DNA of 64,000 nucleotides from a virus: the IMG/VR virus record IMGVR_UViG_3300012953_000017, positions 32,001 through 96,000 of that record; one strand, 5' to 3'. The notes under the pieces were generated by a model. The model did not search any database. It saw only the letters and a list, made by a program, of their open reading frames with translations, and was not told where the DNA came from. This document shows positions 1 to 9,406 of this stretch, piece by piece (position 1 is the first letter of the stretch; each line of letters starts with the position of its first letter). Made by a program: the position numbers and the translations under genes.

Positions 1-17
1 AAGCGTTTTCGACTCAC
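1..17 (-). CDS. 5' end of a gene running off the window edge (MSRKR...)
   Basis: Minus-strand GAGGAGG Shine-Dalgarno at 23-29 followed by GTG at 17; frame open to the edge. Confidence 0.5.
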
Positions 18-109
18 AAACACCTCCTCGTAAAGAGTTCACAAATTAATCCTATATTAAATAGTATACAGAGAAGTGTGAATGTGTAACGAAGCTTTGG
101 TTACAGAGG

Positions 110-1981
110 CTAGGGTTTTATTCTAGCTAGAGGCACGTCGTATCGAGAGAAGCGTCGGGCTTGTTGGAACTGTTCTTCAGCATAGACCTTCATCAGCTCT
201 TTCCATATTTTGCCCACTACCTTGTAGAAGTCATTATTCTGGTAAGCGTTCTTGACTTGCTTGTCGAGCATCGTCTGGACTTTCTTTTCTAACTCTTTCT
301 TCCACGCGGTATCGATTTCTTTGCGGGTTAACACACCAATTCTATCTTCATCTGTCTTGGTGAATGCTTCTGTCAACATCTCTCTAACATATTCTCTAAT
401 TAGCTTATGTTCTGAATTCTCTTTAGACACAATGCCCTCTCCAAGCGCAATAATTTCAGCCAAACCTGGCTTGCCATCGGCGCCACCAAACATAGGTCCT
501 CTGTGAATTTGAGGCCCTCTGTCAGTTCTAATCTCTAAGTTCATATACACATTATCTGGACTATTCTTGTCAACAATTTTATAGAGCTGACCAGTGGCTA
601 CTTTTCCTGACTTGCCCGGAGTTGTATTCAAAACGGCTTCAAGCTCTACATTATCAGGAATTGCCATCCTCTCGATCTCTAGCTTAAAATTATTTTCTCC
701 AGCATGATCAAATTTGAAATAATATGTATCCACACCTCGACGGCGACCACTAAATAAAAAGGGTTCTATGGCATCTGTAACTGCTGTAGAAAAATTATTA
801 CTTTCGAGTGAAGAAATAAACTTTTCTCTCAAGCCTCCTGGCTCCTGGTCATTGAGTATCTGTTGCTTTGCCTTTTTCAAATTTCCCTTAATAGGATAAT
901 CCATAGGGTTTGGTGACATTTCTTGAGCAAGTCTATGTACATCTGAAAATGCTTTATTTGCTATAGCAGCAGGAGTTCCTACTTCAACTGCCTTATCAAG
1001 CTTCTGATGTACATCATCAGGAGATACTTTTTTAGATCCTGACTTATCACCCGATTCTTTTGCAACAGGCTTTATAGACTTACGATCAGCGTTGATACCA
1101 CCCAGCCTATCTGATCCTAGCTTAACATGGATGTCAGCACTAGCCAGATTGATATCCACGGGTGCTGTATCTTCTGTTGCAACACTTGGAAGCAGGTAAT
1201 CAGGTATTTCTTCTCCGTCAGGCTCCAACACCCATTTGATTTCTGATTGTCTTACAGCATTGATTGCTGCTCTTACCATATTTCCATATGACTGTTTGAA
1301 ATCTTCAACAGCTTTAAAGTCATCTTCGCTTGCCCCACCGGCTTTGACCTTGTCATTTATTACTCGTAGTTTTTCATTGGCGCCTAAAACATCTGGCCAA
1401 ATATCTTCAGGGCTACTATTACCGGTGGCGATCAGAATTGCATGTTTGACTGCATATTCTGCTGCATATCCCAACTCTTTGTCGCTTGATAAAGACACAG
1501 CTGCATCTTCTCCAGCGGATGTATGTACCTGCTCAAAGGGTACATAACCGACATTAGATGTGCCCGGAGGAGAACCGTCTGGAAGATTTTGAATTTCAAC
1601 TTTCAAAACTTTCTTTCCATAGCCTGTGCCAAGAGCATCAAACGATCCGTTGTCAGACACCACTGTTTTGTAATCTTGTGCAAGTACTTTTATACTTGTT
1701 TGAGCAGGTAGCGGAATACTTCCTATCTTCTGATCTTTGCTAAAATTTTTAGGATAGAATTTGGTGTCACTTGCCACAAAAAACGTGCCCCATTGCTGTT
1801 GATCTGGTCCAGCGCGCAATGCATTTTCGGTGCCTTTCTTTCGTGATTGCCTTCTCTTACCAGAAGGATCAGACTGTGACCATCCAGGAAAGTGCTTGTT
1901 AGAGAGCTTTATCTCATTGACAGGTCCTTCTTCAAGCAACCTTCGAATGGTATTTCTTAGCAGTCTCTCGTTCATTATCAT
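110..1981 (-). CDS. Hypothetical protein, probable virion head/internal protein
   Basis: 623-aa ORF with helical tag at the N-terminus (LLRNTIRRLLEE) and near the C-terminus (LIREYVREMLTE); weak PD-(D/E)xK-like pattern. Confidence 0.6.
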   Translation of the reverse strand: MIMNERLLRNTIRRLLEEGPVNEIKLSNKHFPGWSQSDPSGKRRQSRKKGTENALRAGPDQQQWGTFFVASDTKFYPKNFSKDQKIGSIPLPAQTSIKVLAQDYKTVVSDNGSFDALGTGYGKKVLKVEIQNLPDGSPPGTSNVGYVPFEQVHTSAGEDAAVSLSSDKELGYAAEYAVKHAILIATGNSSPEDIWPDVLGANEKLRVINDKVKAGGASEDDFKAVEDFKQSYGNMVRAAINAVRQSEIKWVLEPDGEEIPDYLLPSVATEDTAPVDINLASADIHVKLGSDRLGGINADRKSIKPVAKESGDKSGSKKVSPDDVHQKLDKAVEVGTPAAIANKAFSDVHRLAQEMSPNPMDYPIKGNLKKAKQQILNDQEPGGLREKFISSLESNNFSTAVTDAIEPFLFSGRRRGVDTYYFKFDHAGENNFKLEIERMAIPDNVELEAVLNTTPGKSGKVATGQLYKIVDKNSPDNVYMNLEIRTDRGPQIHRGPMFGGADGKPGLAEIIALGEGIVSKENSEHKLIREYVREMLTEAFTKTDEDRIGVLTRKEIDTAWKKELEKKVQTMLDKQVKNAYQNNDFYKVVGKIWKELMKVYAEEQFQQARRFSRYDVPLARIKP

Positions 1982-3237
1982 CCCATCATGATCGGCATTA
2001 CGTATCTTACATATCTTCTTAGAAGAGCTTCTGACTGTGGAGAGGGCATTCTTCGTGCCCTGCCAACAATCTGGTTGAGCATGGCAAACGCACCTGTTAA
2101 TTTATACAGCGACTTGCTTCCAGGTGGGTATTCAAACACAATCCCTTCTAGCGAAGAGGACACATTTGCAACATCACCTAGCTTTTCCATCTGTGCAGCA
2201 ACAGTCGGCATCAATTCTTCACCACCTTGAGCCGATTCGATCTGCGAAAGGGCACCCTGGAGCATTTTTTGCATTCTGGCAGTTTCTTTGTCGTGATCTT
2301 CGACAAATGCTGACGCAAGTCCGTCTAGAACCTCAATAGCAAAGTCACTAATCACTCTTTCGAGCGGTTTTGTTGCTTTTTGGATGGTTTTCTTACTATT
2401 TACCTTTGTGGCCAGTGCAGAGACCTTTTTTTGCGTCTCTTTGTCCAAGCCTGCCTTCAAATCCCGAAGAGAAGGCGCATCTTCCTTGCCGAGGATCAAT
2501 TTTATGACTTGCTCCTGCTTTATAACAGGAATTGGAAGGTCAGAGACAATTTCAGTGCGCAATTTCTCTTCTACATAGTCTGCGATTGTGGAACTGTCAG
2601 ACATTCCAGTAATTGCGTCAATTTTTGATGCATATCCATCGCCTATCTTGCCAGAAGATAGATTCTTGAGCTTGATAATCTGTGGGCCTACCATTTTCCA
2701 GCCTTCCTGATCAACTTGTTGCTCTGCGGCCTCGACAGCTGACACTAATTGACCAAATTGGCCTCCTTTTAGCTGTGCGTCGACCTCTTTTCCTTCTTCG
2801 TCGTAAGATCTGAGGTTGTGCATGGCAATATAGCTACCATTGTAGTTAATCATGTTAGGATTTGCAGGATACATGATCTCTGCCATGACAAAATTTCTTC
2901 CATCAGGCCCAAAGACTTGTGTCAGAGTCTCTGCATCTAAAGAATCAAGCCCTCTTTGGATGGCCTTGAATCCACCTACAAACGCATCCTCTGCAGGATG
3001 ACCTGACCACCTTTCTAGCCACTTATCACCTGGCATGCCGCCGGAGCGCAGTTCGCCTTCGCTGTAAGACGCTCGAATTCCGCCGGACTTCGCGTCCCAA
3101 GTAAAAAAGATACTCTGACCATCAAACTTTTCAACTGCTTCCATCTCTCCAGCTTCTACAGCTGTTACGATTGATTTAAGCTCGCCGATTGTAAGGGATA
3201 GGTCTTCGTGAAGATGTCTAAGATGAATCATTCCCAT
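1978..3237 (-). CDS. ATP-dependent ligase/nucleotidyltransferase-fold protein (RNA-ligase-like)
   Basis: Motif I EKFDG, motif IV-like SLEGIVF, motif V-like YKLTG; AAGGAG RBS; C-terminal tag SEALLRRYVRYVM. Confidence 0.6.
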   Translation of the reverse strand: MGMIHLRHLHEDLSLTIGELKSIVTAVEAGEMEAVEKFDGQSIFFTWDAKSGGIRASYSEGELRSGGMPGDKWLERWSGHPAEDAFVGGFKAIQRGLDSLDAETLTQVFGPDGRNFVMAEIMYPANPNMINYNGSYIAMHNLRSYDEEGKEVDAQLKGGQFGQLVSAVEAAEQQVDQEGWKMVGPQIIKLKNLSSGKIGDGYASKIDAITGMSDSSTIADYVEEKLRTEIVSDLPIPVIKQEQVIKLILGKEDAPSLRDLKAGLDKETQKKVSALATKVNSKKTIQKATKPLERVISDFAIEVLDGLASAFVEDHDKETARMQKMLQGALSQIESAQGGEELMPTVAAQMEKLGDVANVSSSLEGIVFEYPPGSKSLYKLTGAFAMLNQIVGRARRMPSPQSEALLRRYVRYVMPIMMG

Positions 3238-3279
3238 ATGTGTTCGCTCCTTTAGCTAGGGTTTTCACGCCATGGGTGT

Positions 3280-3290
3280 ATTATATCACA
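3280..3290 (-). promoter_or_regulatory. Extended -10 sigma70-type promoter
   Basis: Minus strand TGTGATATAAT (TGn-TATAAT) about 45 nt upstream of the 3237 start. Confidence 0.55.
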
Positions 3291-3567
3291 GTTCTTCAAG
3301 ACTTACATTAATTACATCGTTTTGTTTTTTGGCAGAACGAAGGTTTCGTCGAAGAACGTTTAGAATTCCGTTATAGTGCTGCCTAGAATCAGTTCTTCCT
3401 GGGCAAGCGTCTCTAAAGTGAATAGCATCCTCAATTCTCATCTGCATATCAGCAACACACTCGTTAGATCCGAACGGCACCATTGCGCCGTCCATGCATC
3501 GATGACTCTCAGGATGTCCTAGACTCTCTTGGATAATCTTTCTAAGTTTTTCTCTGGAGATACTCAT
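3286..3567 (-). CDS. Small hypothetical protein with N-terminal tag
   Basis: MSISREKLRKIIQES; 93 aa with three Cys. Confidence 0.6.
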   Translation of the reverse strand: MSISREKLRKIIQESLGHPESHRCMDGAMVPFGSNECVADMQMRIEDAIHFRDACPGRTDSRQHYNGILNVLRRNLRSAKKQNDVINVSLEEL

Positions 3568-4223
3568 CTCATTAACTCCTTAACTCTTTTTAGGAGCTGC
3601 CTCTTGCTTATTGATTCTCCTACAATAATAGGAGCTTCCTCGGAACCTTTTTCGTCAGCTTTTTTCTGTTCATCTGACAGATCTTTTGCCGGTTCTTGTC
3701 GTTCTTCTTGATCTCTGGACTTCTTTTTTGCACTTATCTTAATGCCTACTGAAGAAGGGTCTGTCGCATCAGCACCAACTGCTCCGGCTGTCATTATTTG
3801 AGTGAGTCCTGTAAGATATGCAAAAAGAGACTGCTGCTCGCCTGGCTGCATTGTGTCCCAGTAGGCTGCAAGCTGGTCTCTTACTTCTTCGTCTTTAGTC
3901 GATTTTCCAGACCGAAGCATGTTAAGCTTGTCTACAATGTCATCCACAGTTGCTTCAACGACTTCTTCTTCTGTAGGGATTGCGGGTGTAGGTGTTTCGG
4001 GATCTTTTTTATCTGTCTCAGGTGCTTCAGCTGCAGCTTCTTCGCCTTCTTCTACTTCGTCCTTACTAGACTTTTTAGAACCGGATTTTAGCGCTGACAA
4101 TTCATCCTCTAATTTTTTCTGGCGCATCTTTTCTTCGTCTTCTGTGCCTAAGGCTTCTAGAAGACTGAGTCTTGTTGCAGTCTCGACAATCCTGTCTAAT
4201 TCTTTAAAAAAATCTTGAGACAT
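3564..4223 (-). CDS. Acidic hypothetical protein, probable head/scaffold-type
   Basis: 219 aa, E/K-rich; LSLLE near the N-terminus and ESISKRQLLKRVKELMR at the C-terminus. Confidence 0.6.
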   Translation of the reverse strand: MSQDFFKELDRIVETATRLSLLEALGTEDEEKMRQKKLEDELSALKSGSKKSSKDEVEEGEEAAAEAPETDKKDPETPTPAIPTEEEVVEATVDDIVDKLNMLRSGKSTKDEEVRDQLAAYWDTMQPGEQQSLFAYLTGLTQIMTAGAVGADATDPSSVGIKISAKKKSRDQEERQEPAKDLSDEQKKADEKGSEEAPIIVGESISKRQLLKRVKELMR

Positions 4224-4415
4224 TTATTTTCTCCAGCGTGTACTGTTTCGCCAGTCTTCCTGGTGTCTTCTAAAATATTCTAAATTTGGGTTTTCCTCAA
4301 TCAGCTCAGACCTTTCTCTCACTTTTTCTCTTTTTCCTGCGTCTTTCGTTTCAAAATCCTTCATAAACTTGTCGAATTGAAAGGTCTGTTCTTCTTTATT
4401 ATTGCTTTCGCTCAT
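4224..4415 (-). CDS. Small hypothetical protein
   Basis: 63 aa, AGGAG RBS, abuts the next gene. Confidence 0.55.
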   Translation of the reverse strand: MSESNNKEEQTFQFDKFMKDFETKDAGKREKVRERSELIEENPNLEYFRRHQEDWRNSTRWRK

Positions 4416-4436
4416 ATCGTGTTGACTCCTATATTA

Positions 4437-4937
4437 CTATTTATGTCTTTCTGTGTATGCTATCTTTCTTATGATTAGCGTGACAATTGCCTCAGAATTA
4501 TTTAAATCTACAGAAACAGTATCTTTTAATTTTGGAACTTCTTCAGCGCTCCAGAGCTCAGTATCTGCATGCTTAATTGTGACAGTATCAAACCTTTTTC
4601 CGTCAATAAACTGTATCGCTTCAGTCTTTTTTAGTTCAAAACAAAGAGTAGACTGACTATTCTGTAGTTCGAATGATATCAGCTTACCAACATAAGAATT
4701 GTTATCATGTGCTAAGCAGACTTGCGTCTCAAAATCATTACTAAGCTCAGAATTATTGTTGGAAAAAATATCCTCAGGTAAATACCCTCTAAGAGAGTCA
4801 CTTATGATAAAATTATCTTCTGTGGATGACATTGTGACTGTGTATCCGTAGTCCTTGTCATTTGTATCAGAACTCATAATCATTTTCCTCGCTGTAATAA
4901 GACACATCTTGTCTAATTTGATCTGCCTTTGTTGCAT
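4437..4937 (-). CDS. Hypothetical protein (true start probably downstream, 4877 or 4832)
   Basis: ORF fills the gap in the operon; its annotated 5' end overlaps the upstream gene. Confidence 0.5.
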   Translation of the reverse strand: MQQRQIKLDKMCLITARKMIMSSDTNDKDYGYTVTMSSTEDNFIISDSLRGYLPEDIFSNNNSELSNDFETQVCLAHDNNSYVGKLISFELQNSQSTLCFELKKTEAIQFIDGKRFDTVTIKHADTELWSAEEVPKLKDTVSVDLNNSEAIVTLIIRKIAYTERHK

Positions 4938-5268
4938 AGTCCGTGTCCAACTCTGTTATGGCATTGACATCGTGTGTATACACTTCAATCACAACCTTAG
5001 GGAAATCAATTGTCATTTTTGCATAGTGATTAAAGTCTTGCTCAAAAATTAGAAGCTCACCGACAAAATTTGATAACTCGATATGAGAATCAAATTCGTA
5101 TGCCTTCATAAGACGATCCGGGTCTGTCACACGCTCCCAAGTAAAACTCATAGGTGTAATAGGCGGCTTTTGTGCTATTCCTGTCCCGACAATAATGTCT
5201 AAAGGAGATCTTTCTTGACTTTTGTTAAAATAGTCGCTCATAACTTCAGTTAGCATTTGCCTTTTCAC
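4867..5268 (-). CDS. Pterin-4-alpha-carbinolamine dehydratase (PCD/PhhB)-fold protein
   Basis: W..., L.K.YEF..., NHY, VYTHD, ITELD...A...D pattern typical of PCD; N-terminal extension MKRQMLTE. Confidence 0.7.
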   Translation of the reverse strand: MKRQMLTEVMSDYFNKSQERSPLDIIVGTGIAQKPPITPMSFTWERVTDPDRLMKAYEFDSHIELSNFVGELLIFEQDFNHYAKMTIDFPKVVIEVYTHDVNAITELDTDYATKADQIRQDVSYYSEENDYEF

Positions 5269-5280
5269 GATCCTAGACCT

Positions 5281-6555
5281 TTAGTTTTGAAATTGTTGTT
5301 GAAAATCTGCTGTAGAATTTAAAGCTTGTCTTAAAAGATCTTCTTTCTTTTTTTGGTTAAAGCTGCTCCACTTGTCTAACCCTAATTTCACCATATCTTG
5401 ATCTAATTCTGCTAACTTGTGCAAAGAAGGGAATATTTTTGCAAGACGCTTAGAAAGAGCTAACTTTTCTTCTGTCGACATTCCTGTCTCGTTGGCAGCA
5501 GCAGAGAGCTTCCGAGAAATTGCGGATCTATCTCTAGCGGCTTTTCCAGTTACTTGATTTAAGACAGTTTGATGCATCTTTTCAGGAAGACCTATTGAAG
5601 AAAGCTCTGACTTGACTCTTTTTCCGGCGTCGCGGCCAAGTTGCTGGAAAGCTGGCAAAACAAAGCCACTCACAAAAAAGAATCTAAAAGAATCCAAATC
5701 TTTGACTATAGCTGGAGATTGCTGCAGCTCTACAGCATCCTCATCGTCAATTAACTCAGTAGAAATCATTAAATCAATATACTCATCCACAGCCCTGTCT
5801 TGTAACATTTGAATTTCCTTTGGATCAGTCTTTGAAACAAAATATTCCATTCTACTAGTTATTCTGTCTATATACTGCCTTACTCCGGGGACACCGCTAA
5901 AACCAAACTGTGATGCTAGCTCTTCAAATGTCATTCCTTCTTGAGTACTGGGAAGAGAAACAGCAGCATTGGCGGCTTCTTCAAATTCACCGTCATCGGC
6001 AGGCATCTCAGAACCGTACCTGTAAGAAGCTAGCTCTTCTGGGCTTTCTTCGAATTCTGGTTGCTCTAATATAGTTCTTATATTTTTTCGAATTGTGGAC
6101 TCGTTTTTTTCTTCTGACTTCTCAGCCTCGACCGGTGCAGAATCTTCTTCTTCGGTTTTAGAAATATTATTAGAAGATAAATTTGGATTATTTTCTTTAT
6201 CTGTTGATTTGTCTAGAAGACGATGAAGATTTTTATAGAAAAAATCAACTTGGCCGCCCGGCACTAATTGCGCTATAGCTCTAGCAGCACGAGAAAGCTC
6301 TTCGGGATTCGAAGGCGCATATTCATCGTCTTCAATCGGAGGGCGCTCATCAACAAGCTGGTTCGACATCATTTCTGTCGGTGTCAAAGGCACCTCAGCT
6401 TGAACCGTTATGTCTTCTTCCGGAACCTTGTCTCCGTCCCAAGAAGGTCCTGGCTGATCGTAAATCCCATAATTTGTATTGGCGAGAGAAGAAGATCCTA
6501 TCTCAAACAAGTAATTTCTAATTACTTCTCTTACAGCTTCTTTTTTTATGCGCAT
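5281..6555 (-). CDS. Hypothetical protein, probable virion protein
   Basis: 424 aa; tags MRIKKEAVREVIRNYLFE and NESTIRKNIRTILE; AGGAG RBS; late-type motif upstream. Confidence 0.6.
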   Translation of the reverse strand: MRIKKEAVREVIRNYLFEIGSSSLANTNYGIYDQPGPSWDGDKVPEEDITVQAEVPLTPTEMMSNQLVDERPPIEDDEYAPSNPEELSRAARAIAQLVPGGQVDFFYKNLHRLLDKSTDKENNPNLSSNNISKTEEEDSAPVEAEKSEEKNESTIRKNIRTILEQPEFEESPEELASYRYGSEMPADDGEFEEAANAAVSLPSTQEGMTFEELASQFGFSGVPGVRQYIDRITSRMEYFVSKTDPKEIQMLQDRAVDEYIDLMISTELIDDEDAVELQQSPAIVKDLDSFRFFFVSGFVLPAFQQLGRDAGKRVKSELSSIGLPEKMHQTVLNQVTGKAARDRSAISRKLSAAANETGMSTEEKLALSKRLAKIFPSLHKLAELDQDMVKLGLDKWSSFNQKKKEDLLRQALNSTADFQQQFQN

Positions 6556-6600
6556 GTTTAATAATCTCCTACTATATCCTTTTTGCTGGACTGCACTTCA

Positions 6601-6610
6601 TAAATATGCG
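6601..6610 (-). promoter_or_regulatory. Putative late promoter (ATAYTTA motif)
   Basis: Minus strand CGCATATTTA; the same motif recurs upstream of many structural genes. Confidence 0.5.
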
Positions 6611-6636
6611 GTCGTTGAGCAATGAAACCTCGGAGT

Positions 6637-7131
6637 TTATCTGTTAGTTTGTCCTAGAGCATATCCGGCGCCAATTGTAATTAATATACCGCCTACGACG
6701 CCCATGGCAAACCAAAACTCTCCGGACTCATACCACACCACAGGTTTAATTTGTTCTCCTAGAAAATCAATTTGTTCATCTTTTACTTTCATTAAACTTG
6801 TGTGTTTAGTCTGAAGAGAATCATAGCTTCCTTGCAGTATGTCGAGCTTAAGCTGCATATCTGCACGCAAAAGCCCTAGTCTCCTATCAATCTCCAGGTT
6901 GCAAGTCTCCTGAGTGAACTTTAAATCAACCATTAGCTTTGCAGCAGCCTTTGTACTAAAAAGTGTGCCGGCAAAAGGTGCGGGCTCACCTAGACGAAGT
7001 GTGGTTATTCTTTCTCGATCTTCGCTAGGAGGTGATGGGGTATCTGCATAGGCAACAGGCATTGAGAAAACTAGAGACTGCAGCAGAAAGCATAAAACGG
7101 TTACAGGTGTAGTGAGCTTGATCCAATTCAT
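6637..7131 (-). CDS. Exported membrane-anchored coiled-coil protein (possible spanin-like)
   Basis: Signal peptide ending AYA, central coiled coil, C-terminal TM helix FWFAMGVVGGILITIGAGYAL. Confidence 0.55.
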   Translation of the reverse strand: MNWIKLTTPVTVLCFLLQSLVFSMPVAYADTPSPPSEDRERITTLRLGEPAPFAGTLFSTKAAAKLMVDLKFTQETCNLEIDRRLGLLRADMQLKLDILQGSYDSLQTKHTSLMKVKDEQIDFLGEQIKPVVWYESGEFWFAMGVVGGILITIGAGYALGQTNR

Positions 7132-7154
7132 ACTTCAATTATAAGAAATATAGG

Positions 7155-8741
7155 TTAGTCGTTAAGGATACCAGCAAGTTTTTGCCATCGCTCTAGTATT
7201 AGATCATCTTCAGGCTTTTTAGATCTTGCTGACTCTTTCTTGACTGTGATTCTTTCTGTTGGAGAGCGTCCTGTGACTGTTGCGTCATCACCCTTAAAAT
7301 CATCACCGAAGAGTTCTGTCGACCACGGTAGTTTTCCATGCTTATCACCACCTCGAATTCGAGGTGGGCTGATTGTTTCTAGATACTCTTCCAAATCGCT
7401 TACAGATGAACTGAATCCCATGTCATTTAAAGCTTGGACAACCTTTTCCTTTTGCTCGTCATTCATCTGAGCGGCTGTAGGAAGACCCTCATCGTCGCTT
7501 ACATCCTCAACTCCGGCGGCTTTTGCTGCTTGCTTTTCCATTCCAGCGAGTGATTTAGCTGCAGTGCCTCCGTCACAGCCTTCTATGTCGAGAGAGCCTT
7601 TTCCAGGTCCGAGAGGATTGCAAATTTTATCTCCAAATTCTTTAGCATCTTCAGGAGTAAATGGATTGGGAGGATAGTAAACGTGAATTTGATCATATCC
7701 GGCGGATTCCATGGCCTCAAGTGCGGCACCTTTCTTTACAATCTTGCCGCCTTCTATCTCAGGTCCAGCGGCAAAGATTCTGTCAACTTCCTTCGAAGAA
7801 ACTCGGCGGCCGCCGGTGGCTGCTCTATGAAGATTTGCAATCTCTGTTCTTTCTTGAGGCTGATGGATATACACACCAATAATTGTAACAGAAGGAAAGT
7901 CTGGGTCTTCTCTTAGTTTGCCTAGTGCTTCAATTCTGCCGGTGTCTGCTGTTGACTCACCAGCTTGATCCATGAGATATACACTTGCAAATGTTGTATC
8001 GCCTACCTCTTTAGCACCCAACCCTTGAATTTCAGACTTGACATCATCCATGTATTTTCCAGCTGCCAATGCTCTCGTTCCTAGTGTCCTTCCTTCATCA
8101 TCAGTAGCACCTAAAACCATATTTAAATCATCAGGGGCACCATTGATCTGCTTTGAAAATCCTCGAGCCTGTGTGAAATAAGCATTCGTATTAGGAAAGT
8201 TTTTGAACTCTTCTGCAGCTGCTTCAACATCATCTTCGTTGTCAGCTAATATCTTTTCAAAAGAGGACTTAGAGAGAATATCTTCCAAGTCAAAATTCTT
8301 TCCAGTTTCGTTAATGTGGTAGTAGTCACCAATAACTTGATCAAACTCTTCACCGCCCTTAACTCGTCCGGTGATCTCCTTAAAAACTAGAGGAGGGAGA
8401 GTATCAGTCATGTACTTTACCATAACTGCATCTTCTTCCTGGAAGAAAGAGCTAGCTTCTTCTTTACCCATCGAATCAAGCCAGTCTTCATAATTTTTGT
8501 CAGCTCCGACTCCGGCAAACTCACCTACAGCACTTTTTGCGGCGCCTTTACCTGCTGCTGGTGGACCGTAAAGAGCTACAATTGTTACGGGCTTAGCATC
8601 TACTTGCTGTGCTATCTTTTCAACTTCTGACTCAAAAAGAATGCTTGCGAGGCTTGGCATTTTTTTAGAGACTGGTTGGTTGTGTCGACTAGCCTCTTTG
8701 ATAATAATTCTTCTTAGCTGTAATTCAGTTAGTCTCTTCAT
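7155..8741 (-). CDS. P-loop kinase, zeta-toxin/AAA_33-like, with terminal tags
   Basis: Walker A GPPAAGKG; lid-like ANLHRAATGGRRV; N-terminal MKRLTELQLRRIIIKE; C-terminal LILERWQKLAGI. Confidence 0.6.
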   Translation of the reverse strand: MKRLTELQLRRIIIKEASRHNQPVSKKMPSLASILFESEVEKIAQQVDAKPVTIVALYGPPAAGKGAAKSAVGEFAGVGADKNYEDWLDSMGKEEASSFFQEEDAVMVKYMTDTLPPLVFKEITGRVKGGEEFDQVIGDYYHINETGKNFDLEDILSKSSFEKILADNEDDVEAAAEEFKNFPNTNAYFTQARGFSKQINGAPDDLNMVLGATDDEGRTLGTRALAAGKYMDDVKSEIQGLGAKEVGDTTFASVYLMDQAGESTADTGRIEALGKLREDPDFPSVTIIGVYIHQPQERTEIANLHRAATGGRRVSSKEVDRIFAAGPEIEGGKIVKKGAALEAMESAGYDQIHVYYPPNPFTPEDAKEFGDKICNPLGPGKGSLDIEGCDGGTAAKSLAGMEKQAAKAAGVEDVSDDEGLPTAAQMNDEQKEKVVQALNDMGFSSSVSDLEEYLETISPPRIRGGDKHGKLPWSTELFGDDFKGDDATVTGRSPTERITVKKESARSKKPEDDLILERWQKLAGILND

Positions 8742-8791
8742 GGATAAAATGCTCCTGACTTTAACATGATTAAATATTTGAAAAAAAAAGT

Positions 8792-9235
8792 TTATTCCTC
8801 TTTCAGATCAAACCCAGTAATTTCAGCTAAACGGCGCGTAATTTCTTCAGGGTCATCTACATTTTTTTTAAGGACTTTCTCGACTTCTTTTCTTTTTTTA
8901 GTTGACAACTCTTTGTTTGCGTCTTTATATTTTTTCTCGACTTCAGAGAGAGTTTTCTCATAAGATCGGAGAGCTTCATCTCTCTTTTGTATTTCTTCTT
9001 GATGAGCCGCTTCTATTGCGTCAACTTCCTTTTTGTGTGCTTCCTTAGTTTTTTCTAGGACTTCATTTAACTTTCCAGAGTCTCTAGATAAAACCCATAT
9101 CACTAGTGGAATGGCCATTCCTACCAAAAGCTGCCAGTACTTCTTGCACCATGCCCATGCTTTTTTAACAAAAGCTTTAAATACCAACCATTTCATGCTA
9201 TTTGCTAGGTCCATGTTTCCAAAGTACAGCTGCAT
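8792..9235 (-). CDS. N-terminal TM plus coiled-coil protein (i-spanin-like); likely start 9196
   Basis: KKYWQLLVGMAIPLVIWVL TM helix, then a charged coiled coil; directly downstream of a holin-like gene. Confidence 0.5.
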   Translation of the reverse strand: MQLYFGNMDLANSMKWLVFKAFVKKAWAWCKKYWQLLVGMAIPLVIWVLSRDSGKLNEVLEKTKEAHKKEVDAIEAAHQEEIQKRDEALRSYEKTLSEVEKKYKDANKELSTKKRKEVEKVLKKNVDDPEEITRRLAEITGFDLKEE

Positions 9236-9398
9236 CTACTAGAGCCTGTGTCCCTATGTAAGCTAAAGTCACAGCTACCCAGTCATTGCTTGTCACACTA
9301 CCGGACAAACATAGGTAAGTAGCTGTCCCCCAAGCGAGAAACTTTCGACTGATAAATCTCTCAATGTGCTTATCAAAAAATGCTTTAACTTGTGCCAT
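9198..9398 (-). CDS. Putative holin
   Basis: 66 aa, SRKF followed by two hydrophobic helices; AGGAG RBS. Confidence 0.5.
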   Translation of the reverse strand: MAQVKAFFDKHIERFISRKFLAWGTATYLCLSGSVTSNDWVAVTLAYIGTQALVDAAVLWKHGPSK

Positions 9399-9406
9399 GA
9401 TTTCTC

